From NCBI GenBank assembly GCA_024704765.1, contig JAKMXF010000077.1:708516-772515 (forward strand): 64,000 bases of DNA, given 5' to 3'. The notes beneath the pieces are model-generated. The model was not told where the DNA came from. It saw nothing but the letters and a program-made list of their open reading frames with translations, and did no database searches. The first letter of the stretch is position 1. Each line of letters starts with the position of its first letter. Source of the DNA: Oopsacas minuta (taxonomy: Eukaryota; Animalia; Porifera). This document shows positions 26,609 to 40,763 of this stretch, piece after piece. The position numbers were made by a program, and so were the translations under genes.

Positions 26609-29560
26609 TAGGGTGTCCAAAAAAACCGAATTTTTGAAAGATTTATGGGGGACCCCTGAGAAGTTTCTATATGTCATAAAATGATTGTGGAAAAAATTTC
26701 AGGGATCTATGAAGTGATTTAGGGATCCCTCAATGGCTTCGCAAATTCTATTTTTACACCTGTTTTTTAACGATTTCAAAATTTAATTTTTTTCTATAAA
26801 CTTGATTCAAAATGCTAACCTGGGTGAATCGACGATACAGATATCAGATTTACCATCAGAAATTTGTTATCTGTACAATTTATATATATTTTCAAGAATT
26901 AAAATATTTTTGTAATTCATTGTATAGTATTAATAGATTAAATGAAATTTAGCTCAGACATAGTTGGAGTAGTCCTAAAGCGTTTTCGATGCTGCTCCAC
27001 CACTTGTAGTAAGCATTGGTTTTGGACCTCTTCTTTTGAACTTCTGTTGAACTGTTGAATCAGCTGGATCTCACTTTCAGCAACATCGTTTACACAGGCC
27101 AAATGCCTAGCAAATCGTTGACCCTCTATATAGCTTAGATCCCAACTCCAAGTATTAACAGGTTTTTTGAGGAACGATGAGTCTATTCTTGATATCTCAA
27201 AAATGACAGTGATGATGAAGTTCATTAAAAGAGTCCCATAGCTTAGTTAACAGATGTCTGCCTCGATCTTGCTGCATACCTGCAACAAGTTGAACTTTGA
27301 CCTCGTCATGTACATGGTTTGAGAATAGCGCTAGCGAAGCCAACTCGGGAGAAAGGTGCCAAGAGTGTCTGACCATCATCCGCAAACCGACACGACTCAT
27401 CTCCACGTCGTCGTATTCCTGTAAACGATGAATCAGCGCTATATCGTTGAATGCAGCATCAACAGCGAGGCTGCACGAGTACCAAGACTGGATGTATACT
27501 AGGATAACAAATCGGTTGAATCGTTGAAGACCTTGTAATTCCCGTCCGGTGGCATGCAATGCTTCCTCGTTCCCCGAAAAGAAGCTCTATTTTCAACGCG
27601 TAGATAGCCTTTACCATCCAACGTGCTCTTTCCAGAACTCCAGGCCGTCGTAGAGATGAAACAACTGGTAGGCCAACCATATTAGCAGCAGGATGGAATA
27701 ACTCAAGATAGTCCTTCCTTGGATGTTTGGCATCCATTGTGGTCCGAAGGAACTGCAAAACATCTGTTAGAGCATCTACGAGAGGAATTGTATCTTGGGA
27801 TTGATGGTGTAATTTCGGCCATGTAGATCGAAAGTGCTTGAATAATAAAATGTCTGGTCCAGATGATGGGCCCTTACACGTTGTAAACACGTCCGATAGA
27901 AGCACTTCGAAGATTGTGTTGCCGACAAGCCAGAGAAGAGACCATTCAAGCAAGTTTTCCAGGAGTACACAAGCGCCATAATATTGACCTGTATTTGATA
28001 CTGATATATCAAAACAGGCACCAACTGTATCTGTTCCTAAATCCCACGACTCAAGAAGTCCTTTAACAGCGTCAGCAGTTTCTTTCCCAGTTCCTGACAA
28101 GAGCTTAGGGACTCAAGTAACTTGGTAGAACTATCTTCAAAACTGGCTAGGAGGACAGCTATTCGATCAATAAGTTGAGTACTCTCATCTGTGTCTGGTA
28201 AGAGCTTGCCATCCCAATGCACAACAGATTTCGTGGAGGAGAATCCCTGACGGATCTCTTGGGCTGATTTCTGCCGTTGCTTCTGTCTTTGACGGTGAAT
28301 AGTGCTTTTTGACAGTGAAACAGTACTTGAAGGGACACCAGCCGTGTTCAAGACAGATTCAGCAATCATTGATGCCTTGCGTACACTGATGTTTGTTCTG
28401 TCAAGAACTGCATTAATTTTCAGACTGATGATTCGCTGCTCTCGACTACAGTCGAATTGTACGTGAATGTCCCATCACCACTCGTGTCTTCATAAGTAGT
28501 CTCGTCGGGCTCTGAATCAATTTCCTGGCTGGTGAACTGCGATTTTGGTGCAGAGGATTGTAATAGTTCACGATATGCGCGTCTTTCGGCCGACAGCCCT
28601 TCTAGCGTTGCTAGAGAGGAATCTATCCCCCGATACTCCCAGAACGATCTATGCGCTGCTGAGCCAGGAATTGTCTGTCCTCTTCAAACTGAATTAAATA
28701 GCTTGCGTGAGCATGAGCTATGTCAAACAATTAATCTGGCTTGATTGAGTACCCTTCCTGGATTTTAATATCTGAGAGATTGCTACGTTGCATGTTTTTC
28801 GAAAGCTGTTATTGATGCTTGTAGAGTTTCTCTATTTTATCGATGATATCTTTCTGCACTGGTTCCATATCTAAATTAATTCGTCATAGGTTGTATGTTC
28901 GCTTTCCCGTTTTGTGTGGACTTATTTTCGCGATGTTTGATAAAAAAGCGCATAACATCACGCTCACCAGGCAACTTTGCACCAATTATTTTCTCAGTGT
29001 GGAATCCGATCAACCAAAAGTGTTGAGAACTGCGAGTTTTTGCTGCCATAATGTCAATTTGTTAAACATTTCAAACAAGAGTTAGAATTTTACTAATTCC
29101 GGAATATGGAGCAATCCTTGCTATTGAAACACAATAATTCCTTAGTAATTTAATCCTATTTACGACGGATATATGACTCAATTACAAACCACAATCTATT
29201 CTTTAGTTATTTTAGGAAGTAATCAATAGTAACTTGAAACTTGACGAACAGTAACAAATGAATCATAAAATTGAGTAATTCAAATCCGAAAGTATATCCG
29301 ATAACAAATTCTGATGATAAATCTGAGATCTGCAGAGTCGCTTCACCCAGGTTAGCATTTTAAAGCGAGTTTCTAACAAAAAATTAAATTTTAAAATTGT
29401 TAAAAAAGGTGTAAAAATAGAATTTACGAAGCCATTGAGGGACCCCTAAATCACTTCATAAATCCCTGAAATTTTTTCCATAATCATTTTATGACATATA
29501 GAAACTTCTTAGGGGGTCCTCCATAAACTTTTCAAAAATTCGATTTTTTGGGGCACCCTA
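26609..29560 (-). mobile_element. hATm-type transposon with ~265-bp TIRs, degenerate (2952 bp)
   Basis: TAGGGTG...CACCCTA termini; long TIRs; flanks TTGCTAGG / TTGCGGGG (6/8 TSD). Motifs VVHWDGKLLPD, GTGKETA, CFDIS.SNTG, GPSSGPDILLFK and VNDVAESEIQLIQQFN. Confidence 0.85.
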
Positions 29561-29619
29561 TTGCGGGGTCAGTTAAGTTCTAGAAGTCAATGTCATCTCG
29601 CCACATTAATCGCTTTGGA

Positions 29620-30090
29620 ATTCAAAGTACAATAGGGACAAAAGAAACACATGGCACTATTTGAAAATGGATACCCTATTGGCATTTGATAATATCATTC
29701 TGAGAAAAAGTTTCTCAAAAGGAGGTCAGTTTAGCCACAAAGGTAAATTTGAGAAGATCCTATACATTTTAACGAACCCAGAAATTTGGCACAGATTGAG
29801 GGTAAAACAATTTGATTTGAGTAAATACTGCAGATTATTGAAGGTGAAGAATTGAGATTTCTTGTATATATGAGAATTTGGGAGGACCAACGATTACACG
29901 AGTATAGTATAAAAGTAAGCGTGAAAATTCCAAACTCTGGTGGAAACAAAATTTTGGAGGTTAAAGGGGGCCGTAAGGTCATATTTTGGATATTCAAACT
30001 TGAGTCACTAATCAGTTGCATAACCAATTTCGGAAGTACATAGGAAATATAGTTGGGGAAACCAAAAGTTTCCATCCTGAGTTTATATCA
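29620..30090 (-). pseudogene. Degenerate FN3 exon
   Basis: ORF 29731-30075 contains LVMQLISDSSLNIQNMTLRPP and YTRNLNSSP (FN3-like B and E/F strands). Confidence 0.4.
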
Positions 30091-30589
30091 GCCAAACTTT
30101 ACTCGATTACATGAAATGCTTAGTATATCCTTATAATCTCATCGATTACATATATAATGCCGTTGAGTATTTCACTCTAGCTATTTATTATATATCTGAT
30201 CTACCTATTTTTGAGAGTCAATTTTCATGGCTCCAAAACACATGTCAAGCAAAACCGAACAACGACCTACATAAAGATTCGTACCGTACATGGCGACAAA
30301 CTAGTCTAGATACATGAGGATCTCGCCACCTAGGAGCGTAAACCTGGGGTGTGCAGCGGGTGCTTAGCACCCTGGCGGCTGTGATGCCATGGTGCCAATG
30401 TGTCTGGCACCCTGGCATTTTCAAACCGAACTAACCCCACAAAGTCAATTTGCCAGGCGGCGAGCGAAAACTAATGATCAATAAACAAAACTAGAGTGAA
30501 ACAAAATTATCAGATATTACAAACTAACAATGCAGCATCATGATCTCCAAAATGAAATATTTATTCAGAAAAATGTATAAGTAGGGAAT

Positions 30590-31632
30590 GAACAAAGTGT
30601 CGTGGCACCCTGTGTGTTTTGATGAAGTTTGCGCCGGTATCACCACCGTTTATCATGGGGAAGCTATAGCGTATCCCACTGTAGAGAAATGGGCACGTAT
30701 ATCATAGGCTGATAGTTGCATCATTTAAGATGCCCCTCGGACCGGAAGACCAATTTCCGCAACCAGCCCTGAAATTGCCACTGAAATTCTCGAACTTTTG
30801 GATATTGACCCCCATTAGAGCGTTGAAGGGATTGCCCTAATCCTGGACATCTCATCGGTAAGTATTTATACTTCTACACAATTTTCTCGAATATCCTAAG
30901 ATTTCAGCGCGATGGATACCAAATCCTCACAAAGGGGCAAAGGAGAAAGAGGGTTTTCATGCAAGAAAAATTGCTTAAAGAATATAGAGATTGTGATTCC
31001 CGAAGGTTATATAAATCGTTATTGGTGACGAAACTTGGTTTAGATTTCCTGAACTTCTGTGTAAGTAACAAAGCAAATCGTGGGTCCCATAAGGTTCTTC
31101 TCCCCCCGAAAAGGTACGTTTGTACTTCAGAGTTCTCTACACCGGATTTTCTCATGTTTATGGGCCAATCGCTCAAAATATTCGAGCCTAAATGAGACAA
31201 CTCAGTAGAGAATTTCCACAGGTAATGCCTGAGAGAAGTCGAGAATGTCTATCAAACACGACGTCCGCGTGCAGGAACTGAAGGAATCAGAATTTCGACG
31301 ATATTGCCAGACCTTGTGTTTCAAATACGTTGGGGAATTTATTAGGATATCGGGTTTGAAACGATGAACATCCTCTGCATTCTCCAGATCAAACACCTTG
31401 TGATTTCTGGCTATTTCATAACCAACAAGAGCTAGGAAATGGAATTTACCACGACCTAAATTCCGTGGATAACGGCGAGTGAAACCCATTTTCGAAATGA
31501 GGTTGAAAGGCTAAACAATGCATAGATGTAGAGAGGAGTATTTTGAACATTTTTATGTAGAAAGTTGAAATACGTAAGTTGTTGTAGTGTCATGATGTTA
31601 TGCAAAGATGAGAACTTTTTGAATGCCCTAAG
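30590..31632 (+). mobile_element. Degenerate mariner, left TIR missing
   Basis: PRTGRP-like, IGDETW-like and HPLHSPDQTPCDFWLF motifs; right TIR GAGAACTTTTTGAATGCCCTAAG. Near-identical inverted copy at 63263-64000. Confidence 0.88.
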
Positions 31633-33844
31633 TGTATCCTTAGTTAACAATATTCCAGGATAATAAGCAAATATAAATTACTTTCGAAGAATAATGAAGG
31701 CTCATTTTGCCCCGGTATAATGCATCGCGTTCGAAGAAATTGAAATTTTTGAAAAAATATTCAAAAACAATTAAAGCTAGACCATAACATTCTATACACT
31801 AATGGAATGACACACTCGAATAAGTTTAGGACAGTGGATGGCATTTACCCTGGGGCTATTCTGATCGATATCTAGATTAGTTACTTAGAATACAGATTTA
31901 TGAGTAAATAGGATAAATTTGTATACTCCGTACATACGTTGAAGATATTTTGGAAAAAATAAGAAAGTGATACAATAAATTTCTGAGATAATCACATATT
32001 CAATATGTGAGTGAAAATCAACAGAATTCTCCGAATACAATGGCTAGAATTGTTTTCTTAAACGTCAGGTCCGTGAAATAGATCCTTTGATACAGATACA
32101 TCAATATCAGTATATGAAAATTATATCATTTATTAAATTCTGGTCCAATTAACGTACTAGGTAATATTTATGAACCACCTATTGACAATAATAATTATTG
32201 AATATTAAGTTTCAAAAATATTATTACTAACTCAATACAATTATCTACACATCAGCATTCAATAAAACATCTATTTTCTGATCGTATATACACTATTCTA
32301 ACTCTACATTCAATAATATTCACATTATTCGACATGACCTGTCTAGTACTGGCTGGAAGACTAACTGATGCGATAAAGTTCAATAAAATCAATATATACT
32401 GGTTTTCTCTTTTGTTACAGCCGAATGTAATACTAAATAGCATTAAGTTTTAGGCCATACACCAGGTCCCTTCAGACCGCATCCCCCTGAAAACCCATTT
32501 TCTGAAGCTGAATTAAGGCAAGCTCGCACTATTTTTCCCTAAACGAGTTAAGGTCGTCGTGTAGCGAGTGAATACTGAATACGTGACAAGGCGGATTTCA
32601 ATCATAGTATTGGCACTTTACATTAATGGAACCGCTATCCACTAAATCACTTATAGTATCTAGGATCCTCGTATAAGTTTTCCTGATATTAGACCGCATT
32701 CAACAAAGAGAAAACGTAAGATTAAACGAATAATTTAGGGCTAAATTGGAGTTATATCTAGAGTTAAATTGAAATAATCATCTCAGTTCATTGATCTTCG
32801 ATGTAACTGCTGGTGACCGAATGCTCTACGATTTTGAGGGGTAAACATTTGTTAATGTCACTTATACCTCGTTGCCACCATTGAAATTCGTCGAACTCGG
32901 GAAAAATATACTCATTGATTTTTCCACATTTCGAATTTTGTTACAGTTTCGTACAACAGTATAATGAAGCATTCGGGACCCCGGTTGCATCGTTATAAGC
33001 AGATTTAAAACAATTACTTTTCTAACAAAGTTGGGTAAATAATGAATCCCTTTATTATTTCGATAGTTTAGTGATATCAAAATTTACAAAACAAATATAC
33101 TTGATTTTAATATTTATAAAGTTCGTGACCTATGTATCTCGAACGTGTATTGGTGGACTACTTACCAGCATTCACACTTCTTGTGGGCTGTTGATGCCCC
33201 CCTTTAGAATGCTATAAATAATTGAGTTCCTAACTCTTGTCCATACGGCATAGAGGTCCATGGACCCCACGTCGGGCACCACTGTACCCGAGTAGTGTGA
33301 TAAAAGAGTATCATAACGTACCTTTGAAATGCTTTCGCCCCCCCCTCCACTTAAAAATTCTCTCAAAAAATCCCTGGTTGTTCTGTCTTTTTGTTTTTGT
33401 TTGTTGGTCCTTTTCTAGGAAAGATTCATGAAATTTTGTATTAAATCCGAATTCTCAATTCTGGGAGGTCACAAAACAATATATTTATCATATTTACAAA
33501 AAATTTATAAACAGTTCAATAATACTTGATTAACATATCGAGTATCTTGAATCCGATTTTCGAACTTTTGAGTTCATCATGTGTAGTTATATTGTTGTTT
33601 AATAAATAAAAAGTAAACAAATAGTTGAAATATCAAAATATTCGTAGACACTTGCTCTTAGGGCCTATAATTGGGTAACAAAGAACCTGAATCAGAATTT
33701 CACACTTTTAATAAATAAAATACATTGTTGTTTTTATGAATATAATATAAACAAATTAAATCTCAAATATACTTAGAGACCTGCTATTTACTGCTACAAT
33801 TATTAACATAATTCTCTGAAACTGAATTTCGCACTTATAACTGA

Positions 33845-34700
33845 TTACGACCGAAGTGTTACATTCGTACCGAAAGGAACACGATAATTCTACATCTTCG
33901 TCTCAATCAATTACCACACCCAAATCGAGATTTCAGCATCTCTATGCATTCATCAAATGACATATTTCCCGGTAGTATTCGGTCCGTAGGCGAAGTCTCT
34001 GCTATGTTATCCAAATACATTTAAAAAGATGTCGGCCAAATGCCGATTTTCCCTATAAAATTCCACGAAATATTATTTTCATTATGTGAGATTTTACTCG
34101 AAATTTATTGTTGATAATTGTCAGTGAATCTGAGCTCATTGATAGAATTATATTCAAAAACTAGGACCAATAGCGGACCTCTTCCGGTATTATCCCCAGT
34201 TTTTGGCACTCGGACACCATCTGTGTTAATATTAATTTTAATTCATTAATTTTTAGTACACAACCAGCATTTCCCTTCAAAAATCAAACATTTGCTATTA
34301 ATTTAGCTTCTATATTGCTAAATGATTGGTTTTTCACTCTTTCATTCAACCGGGATCTATTCGAATATAATGCTATAAGATATTCTTCATATTTTCATTT
34401 GGGGAACACTTTCCATCATTCTGATAGGTCGAAGCTCTCTCAGATTGAAAATGAGGACGGTCTGGCCAGAACGTATCTGTTTACTAGGGCAACGTCGCAG
34501 AGGCCCAAAATAACTGCTTCATTACCCAGGAATATTCCAAATTACTACTAAAACCGTTTACGCGAAGGTTTTAGGGTCGTTACCTAAAGGAACACAATAA
34601 GTCCACTACTTCGTTCTAACCAATTCCAGCACCTAAATCGGGATTTTAGCACCTTTTTCATCATAAAATGACACATTCTCCTGGTAGTATTCGGTTAAGT
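33845..34700 (+). repeat. Two further copies of the dispersed ~140-bp module (about 33845-33985 and 34555-34700)
   Basis: AAAGGAACAC...TTCGT..AA(C)CAATT(C)CA...CCCGGTAGTATTCGG shared with the 15730 and 49005 copies. Confidence 0.55.
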
Positions 34701-35027
34701 TCATTTCAAATGTATTGATTTGAAAATTTTGATTTATAATAAACAAACTGGTTAAATTTTAATATAATCTTATAGACTTGCACTTAATGGCTACAATAGG
34801 GTAGCCAAATCCTCTGAATCCGAGTTTCGCACTCTCAAGTTCTTCATATGTAAATTATTGTTGTTTTTATTAATCAAATCACTTATATATGGCTCAGCTA
34901 TACATATTCCAGTTTTGGTGTATTTGCTTTTCTATCATCGAGGAAAAGTCATTTTTCGGAATAATGATGTCACTCTTTTAGATGAGGTTATGCGGTGTCT
35001 ATGTATTACAAAAACAATACTATACCA

Positions 35028-37456
35028 CAGCGATCTTCAAATTGGGGTACGCCAGCTCTCTTTGAGACGAGTCGGTAAAGTATGTACATAATATCTCAGC
35101 ACCCAGTAAAAAGATTTTATTCAACCATAATTGTTTCTGACTAAAAATACATTAGGTAAGCATTGTTATTGCCTTCGTTATTTACACTCCTGATCCCTGA
35201 AGCTACACTTGTCGCAAAATAATTATTTTACTGACCAATCTTTTACTTCTTTCTGTACTTAACAGATTCGAGTCTATGTTCTATTAATTCGCCGAATTCA
35301 TGTAGATAAGTGCTACCTCCTATAATTGTGTTTTCTTTTAATTTGTTTTATTAGCATGAATGAATTTCAGATAGATATAGGATGTTGTTCTCAAGATGGT
35401 GCGGTTTTACAAGGTGAATCAAGTAGTGGAAGTTCATATTCGGAATCTCCTAGGAGTAATAAGAGTAACTAAACGGACTAAAACAGAAGTAAAAACAAAA
35501 AGAAGACAATACGATGAATCATATATTAGATTTGGATTTGTTTCTACCAACAGTGATCTTGCACTATCGCCATGCGTGATTCGCACCCAACTTTGTCAAA
35601 AAATAGTATGAAGGTATCTCTCTTACGGAGACATTTTGTCATAAACACAAGAAATTACAAAATAAACCATAGAAATTTTCAAACGAAAGGCAAGTGAAAC
35701 TATTAAGTAAAGAAGGATTATAAGTCATTTTTACAGTTAAATAAGATAGCACAAAAACATCATATGAATTAGCATTTTTGACAGCTAGAGCTAAGAGGGA
35801 CTATTCAATCACAAAGATTTAATAATTCAGGTGCTTTGATAATAGCTGAAAACATGCTAGGTGCTGCAGCTGTCAATGCAATCAAGTCAATACCATTTTC
35901 TGATACAACGATGGCTCGCAGAATTGAAGAAAATGGTGTGTGATGTCTCAAAACAAGTTATAGAGAAGATTAAACAAGATAAACGTTTTGGACTACAACT
36001 TGATGAATCCACTGATATCTCAAACCAAGTTCAATTACTGATGCATGTGCGTACTATGGTGAAGCTACTAATGATCAAATATTGGCATGTAAAAGTTTAC
36101 TTGGAAAAACTACCGGAGAAAAATATTTGAAGTACTCGATGGTCACATAAGAGCTGAATGAGATTACAAATGGAAATGGTGCACCAGTATATCTTCAGAT
36201 GCCGCTGTATCTATTACAGGACTCACAAATGGTCTTATTGCTCGCCTTAAGTCAGTAAATCCAAATTTACAATGGCAACATTGCATGATTCACAAACAAA
36301 CTTTGGCAACTAAGAAAATGAGCCCAGAATTACACATAGTATCGGATGATGCTGTTAAAATTGTCAATTCTATCAAATCAAGAGCATTGAATTAACGTCT
36401 ATGTAAATAATGTGTGAAGAAATGGGGCAAACCACACGCAATTATTGTTGTATACTGAGGTCAGGTGCTTATCGAAAGGACGAGTCTTGACAAGACTTTT
36501 TGAAATGAGACACGAAATATGTACTTTTCTCTCAGATATGAAATCTGCTTTGAAAGTTCATTTTTTGGACGAAGTTTGGGATTGTCAATTAGTCTATCTT
36601 GCAGACGTATTCAGTAAATACACGAGCTAAAATCTTCAGTTATAAGAATTTGATATTAATATTTTCAGACACATGACAAAGTGAAAGGCTTTACAAGAAA
36701 GTATTGTTCTGGGTTAGTCAAGTTGAAAAAAGAGATATCACCACTTTTGATTCGCTCATCAATCTTATCATTGAAAATGAAGTAGTTATCACAGGGAGAG
36801 TGATGGTAATAACTAGCAATCACTCAACAATACTTGCAAAACTTTTCTGAAGTATTTTCCTAAAATAGATCTAAAAGATTTGAGGAAAACTTGGATTACT
36901 AATCCTTTTGCAACTTAGTCAATTTCTGAAGCGAATCTTAGCAATAAACTAAAAGAAATTTACTTGAATTATCTGTTGACAGCTCCCATGAGATCTATTT
37001 TACACAACATGCTTTGTGCCAGTTTTGGAAATTTGCTAGCCTTGAATACAAAAATATTAGTAATGTTGCAATTACTCAATTACTTCCTTTTCACTTAACA
37101 TACTTATGCGAACAAGGTTTCTCAGCCCTCACTACAATTAAACCAAAACTCAGAAATCGCCTGGATCCAGAACCATCTCTGATCCTAGCATTGACTAATG
37201 TTAGGCCCAGAATTAGTCAATTTTAGAGCTTTATCTTCACCATTCATCCAATTAGGTTCAAGAATACCTTTAGACTTTAGAGTAGATATCTATTCAGAAG
37301 AATTGAATATGAAATACCATCATCCATATTATTCACTTGAATATTACTTAAGAATATATAAAACTCTACGTAAAAATAGATATTGGGTTCTTGGGAGTAC
37401 GCGTAAAGATAAAAATAGCTAGGGGGGACGCTGAGAAAAAGGTTTGAAGACCACTG
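35028..37456 (+). mobile_element. Charlie/Buster-type hAT transposon (ZBED5/FAM200-like), degenerate (2429 bp)
   Basis: Ends CAGCGATCTTCAAA / reverse complement CAGTGGTCTTCAAA; flanks share CTATA. Motifs RRQYDESYIRFGF, LQLDESTD, TEVRCLSKGRVL and TYLCEQGFS..KPKLRNRL. Confidence 0.9.
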
Positions 37457-37789
37457 CTATATTTTATATAGCTCTGCATTATATAAGGAATCTCTATTTT
37501 GATCTTAAGTAAACAAATAGTTGAAATTTGGCTATTTGCGTAAACACTAGTCGTGTAGTGCGTACAAGCTAAGCTACTCGTATCCTTAAAAATTCTATTG
37601 TTTTTGAACTGTTTATTTCTACTTTTGCAAAAAATGTTTTACTCCTTTCAGAGCTCTAGCCACACATGGGCGCCGAAGACCAATGGGCGGTATGGGCCTG
37701 CCCCCTCCTGTTCCCTTATATTTACTGTATATTGTAGTGTAACGATATATGTCACCAGTGTAAGTCTAATTATATATACAATATTTCTG

Positions 37790-40209
37790 TTTTAACAAAT
37801 CAGATTTCCATTTGTATTGCTAAGAGACATGTATACAAAAACCAGAACTCAATCGGTATAAAGTAGACTAAAATCGGATTCTTCTTCGATAAGGAGCCTG
37901 GAGACAGGTATCTCCAGCAGTAGTACAGACCAACTATTCTTTACGATGATAGCGAATTCTCAGACTTCACCTACCCGCCATCTGTGTAACAAGATAAATC
38001 GAATATTGTTGGTAGTGGTCTAATTATTTTATGCATAATGACTTGTACTTTGGACCGTATCCAAAAAGCACAGAAAATCGCCCTTTCCAGCACATTTAGA
38101 AGTCTGTATTCTAATAGCTTCGCTTCAACCCTACACTGACTCATCCACGTTCGGTTGGAGCTGCTGGGGACTCGAGAAGAATAAGTTGTTTCCAACATAT
38201 ATGTGGCAAAAATGAGCCTCCAATAAACAAAGGTTGCTCGGAGCAGGCTAAAATTATTACAGAAAGGGTGTTGGCGACTTGAGGGCCCATAACAAGAACA
38301 AGTTGTACCAACAGAGAGCTGATTATTTGCTCTAGCCGTAACTGCAGATTCGGCAGCAAAACTCGTCGCCTCAAATATTTATATAGAGCGTCTGAAGAAC
38401 AGGGAAGTCCTAGAGGTCATTTTTGATGCGCTTCAATGGCTGGGTGAAAATGGTTTGGCAATAAGAGACCACAAGCATGAAAAAGAAACTTCAAGTCTCT
38501 CCTTTCTTTAATCGGAAAGTACTACCCTGATCTCAGGAACCACATCGCAAGCGAGCAAAGAATGAAACACGTTAGGTGCGAGATTCGAAATGAGATTCTG
38601 GAGTCTCACGCTAACGGGGCTCCAAGAATGTTGGTTCATGAGGTTCATACTGCAAAATTATTTTCTATCATCGCATACGAAGTGAGTGATAAAGGATGGA
38701 TAGCAGCCCCTTATCTGGCTGAGATTGTTTAATAAAAACTATACGACACAGGAAAGGTGCATGACATTCTGCCAGCTTGACACAGCAAACACAAAAAGCC
38801 TCTACATGATGATCAAGGCGAGGTTGCTCGCGTACGGTCTTACATATCAACATGTATTACAAGGACATGGGAATCGGGTATATACTATAAATCGGCAATA
38901 GTGAGTTTTGTTATATCATTGATGTTTTCTACTTATAAATGCATATTGACAAATTATCACCATCCATGGTCACTGCTGTAACTAAAATCCTGCCTACTTT
39001 ATCGTGACAATTTTTTAATATGTTATACAAAAACATCTTTACATCATTAGCTACCTTAACTTTGAAATCAAAGATGCAATATTGGACGTTCTACAGCTCA
39101 TCAAAGATCGGGCCATATTCTCCAAATAATGCTTATTGAGCAAAGAAAATAAGACATGATATTCTACATATCCGTGATACATTTACTTCGGTATAAAAGC
39201 GTTAGTGCAATACGAAACCATCCTGCATAGTAATATAATATTAAGCGTATACTACTATATCCTAGGCCAAAAATTCGAGGTATATAGTACGGCTTATATA
39301 GAGAATGCTATGGTTCAGCAAGTGCATTTCTTATTCTGATATGGCACTGTAACGTCCGGTAATTTTAGTAGCCCATGCCCTCGTGCGATAAAAATTCCAA
39401 GCTCCTACAGTCAAAACTGAAGTTGTATAATTTTTTGTTAATTCATCATCACCAAATTGGGCTGAAATTTGCATATTATAGTAATATAATTTATAGCTGA
39501 ACAATTTACGCATCATATGTTCATAAATATCGCTCCTAGTTGAAAGGATATTGCAAATTCAGTGTTATGATGACGTAATAAAACCCAAATATGGAATTGA
39601 CCATATTTGGGTTTGACTACGCCTTTTTGCTAAAATTAGGGTCGGGAGTGTTTTTGAACTTTGAAATTGTCATTTTTGAATTGGGCGCCCAAAGATTGTT
39701 TTAGATACCAAATTTAGTGACTATAAATACAGAATAGACCATATTTTCAGTCACGCAATGTTCAACTTATGCATTTTTGACTGTGGTTTGGCTTTATCAC
39801 GTCCGGTATTCTAGTAGTCCGTGAAAATATTAACGATTCTTGATTTTTCACTTGATTGCGATTGTGTACTTCTGCTTCCTCTCACTCGTTGACTTACTGT
39901 AGGATGTAATCTGCTTAAAATCCACTCAATATAAGTTGGGGTTACTGCGGAACTATTGGACCCCCAACTGGGTGGTGGTTAAATTTTCGATTTTGGCTAT
40001 GAGGCACCTGATACTTCGATATTCTGACATGCTCGGGCTTTAACCTAAAATACAGGCCGAAATTCCCAATCTAGCAGGTTCAGATTCATTGAATGAATGT
40101 GTAAAGGCAGACAATGTTTGGAAAAATTTCGGAGCAAAATACAAAGGTTTCGATACTATTCGAGGCCAAATTTTATCGTTCAGTCGATGCTGTCTTTTGT
40201 GCTTTGGTG
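37790..40209 (-). pseudogene. Run of degenerate FN3 exons downstream of the intact Ig exon
   Basis: TLSAFTHSFNESEP; ENLTTTQLGVQ*FRSNPNLY*VDF (TAG at the FN3 Trp); TSVLTVGAWNFYRTRAWATKITGRYS; ALFGEYGP; GRILVTAVTMDGD. Acceptor TATTTCAG| at 40209. Confidence 0.6.
38380..38880 (+). mobile_element. Internal hAT (ZMYM1-like) transposase fragment
   Basis: NREVLEVIFDALQWLGENGLAIRDH (NR..L....D...L..QGL..RGH) and FSIIAYEVSD. Confidence 0.65.
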
Positions 40210-40763
40210 CTGAAATACGGAAAGTATAATCATACGAGAATTCGTAAGTCTACCTTCATTGACTCATTTGCTAAACATGACATTATAATGCATTTTATTC
40301 TTCTAATTGAAACCTTGGATTTTGAATATTTGGTAAATTATGAAAATATAGCTATGAAAATTTGACCCCTTTTAGAACCTCATACAGTTAGAATCGCTAA
40401 TTGAACCCTCTTATTATCAATATTCTTTAATTATGTAACAAGCCACGGTCACCAATAGAATCATTGTCATAGGATAAATAATGCATTAAATTCCATTTAA
40501 AGCTAGACTCTAAGTAAAAAAAGCAGCACCACGATTATATCAAAAAATAACGAATAAGCACTTGGATCCAATCGAATAATAATTGATATTGATGGACTAA
40601 TAGCCTTAAGGGGGGCATTTTGCCCCCCTCAAATCATCTAGAAAAACCCTGCCAACAGAAATACAAATTTACAATATAATAATATAGGTTGGTGGCTGCA
40701 TAGTAGTAAGGCAAGATATAAGAATAAGATGAGAATGAATAAAAAGTGAAACCTTATACTAAC

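Noticed and set aside
6933-31632. SETMAR-like domesticated genes among the mariner ORFs
   Set aside because: No SET domain is present; the copies have TIRs (and TA TSDs where full length) and are frameshifted, so they are ordinary dead transposons.
30904-31650. Apparent head-to-head chimera of two mariner halves suggested by minus-strand ORFs
   Set aside because: The plus strand reads as one continuous degenerate mariner ending at the right TIR; the minus-strand ORFs are antisense artefacts.
33264-33286. tRNA-Lys primer-binding-site-like TGGTGCCCGACGTGGGG preceded by ...CA on the minus strand, suggesting an LTR element
   Set aside because: The wider context CAGTGGTGCCCGACGTGGGGTCCATGGACC fits a Charlie-type hAT terminus better, and no LTR pair or gag/pol is nearby.
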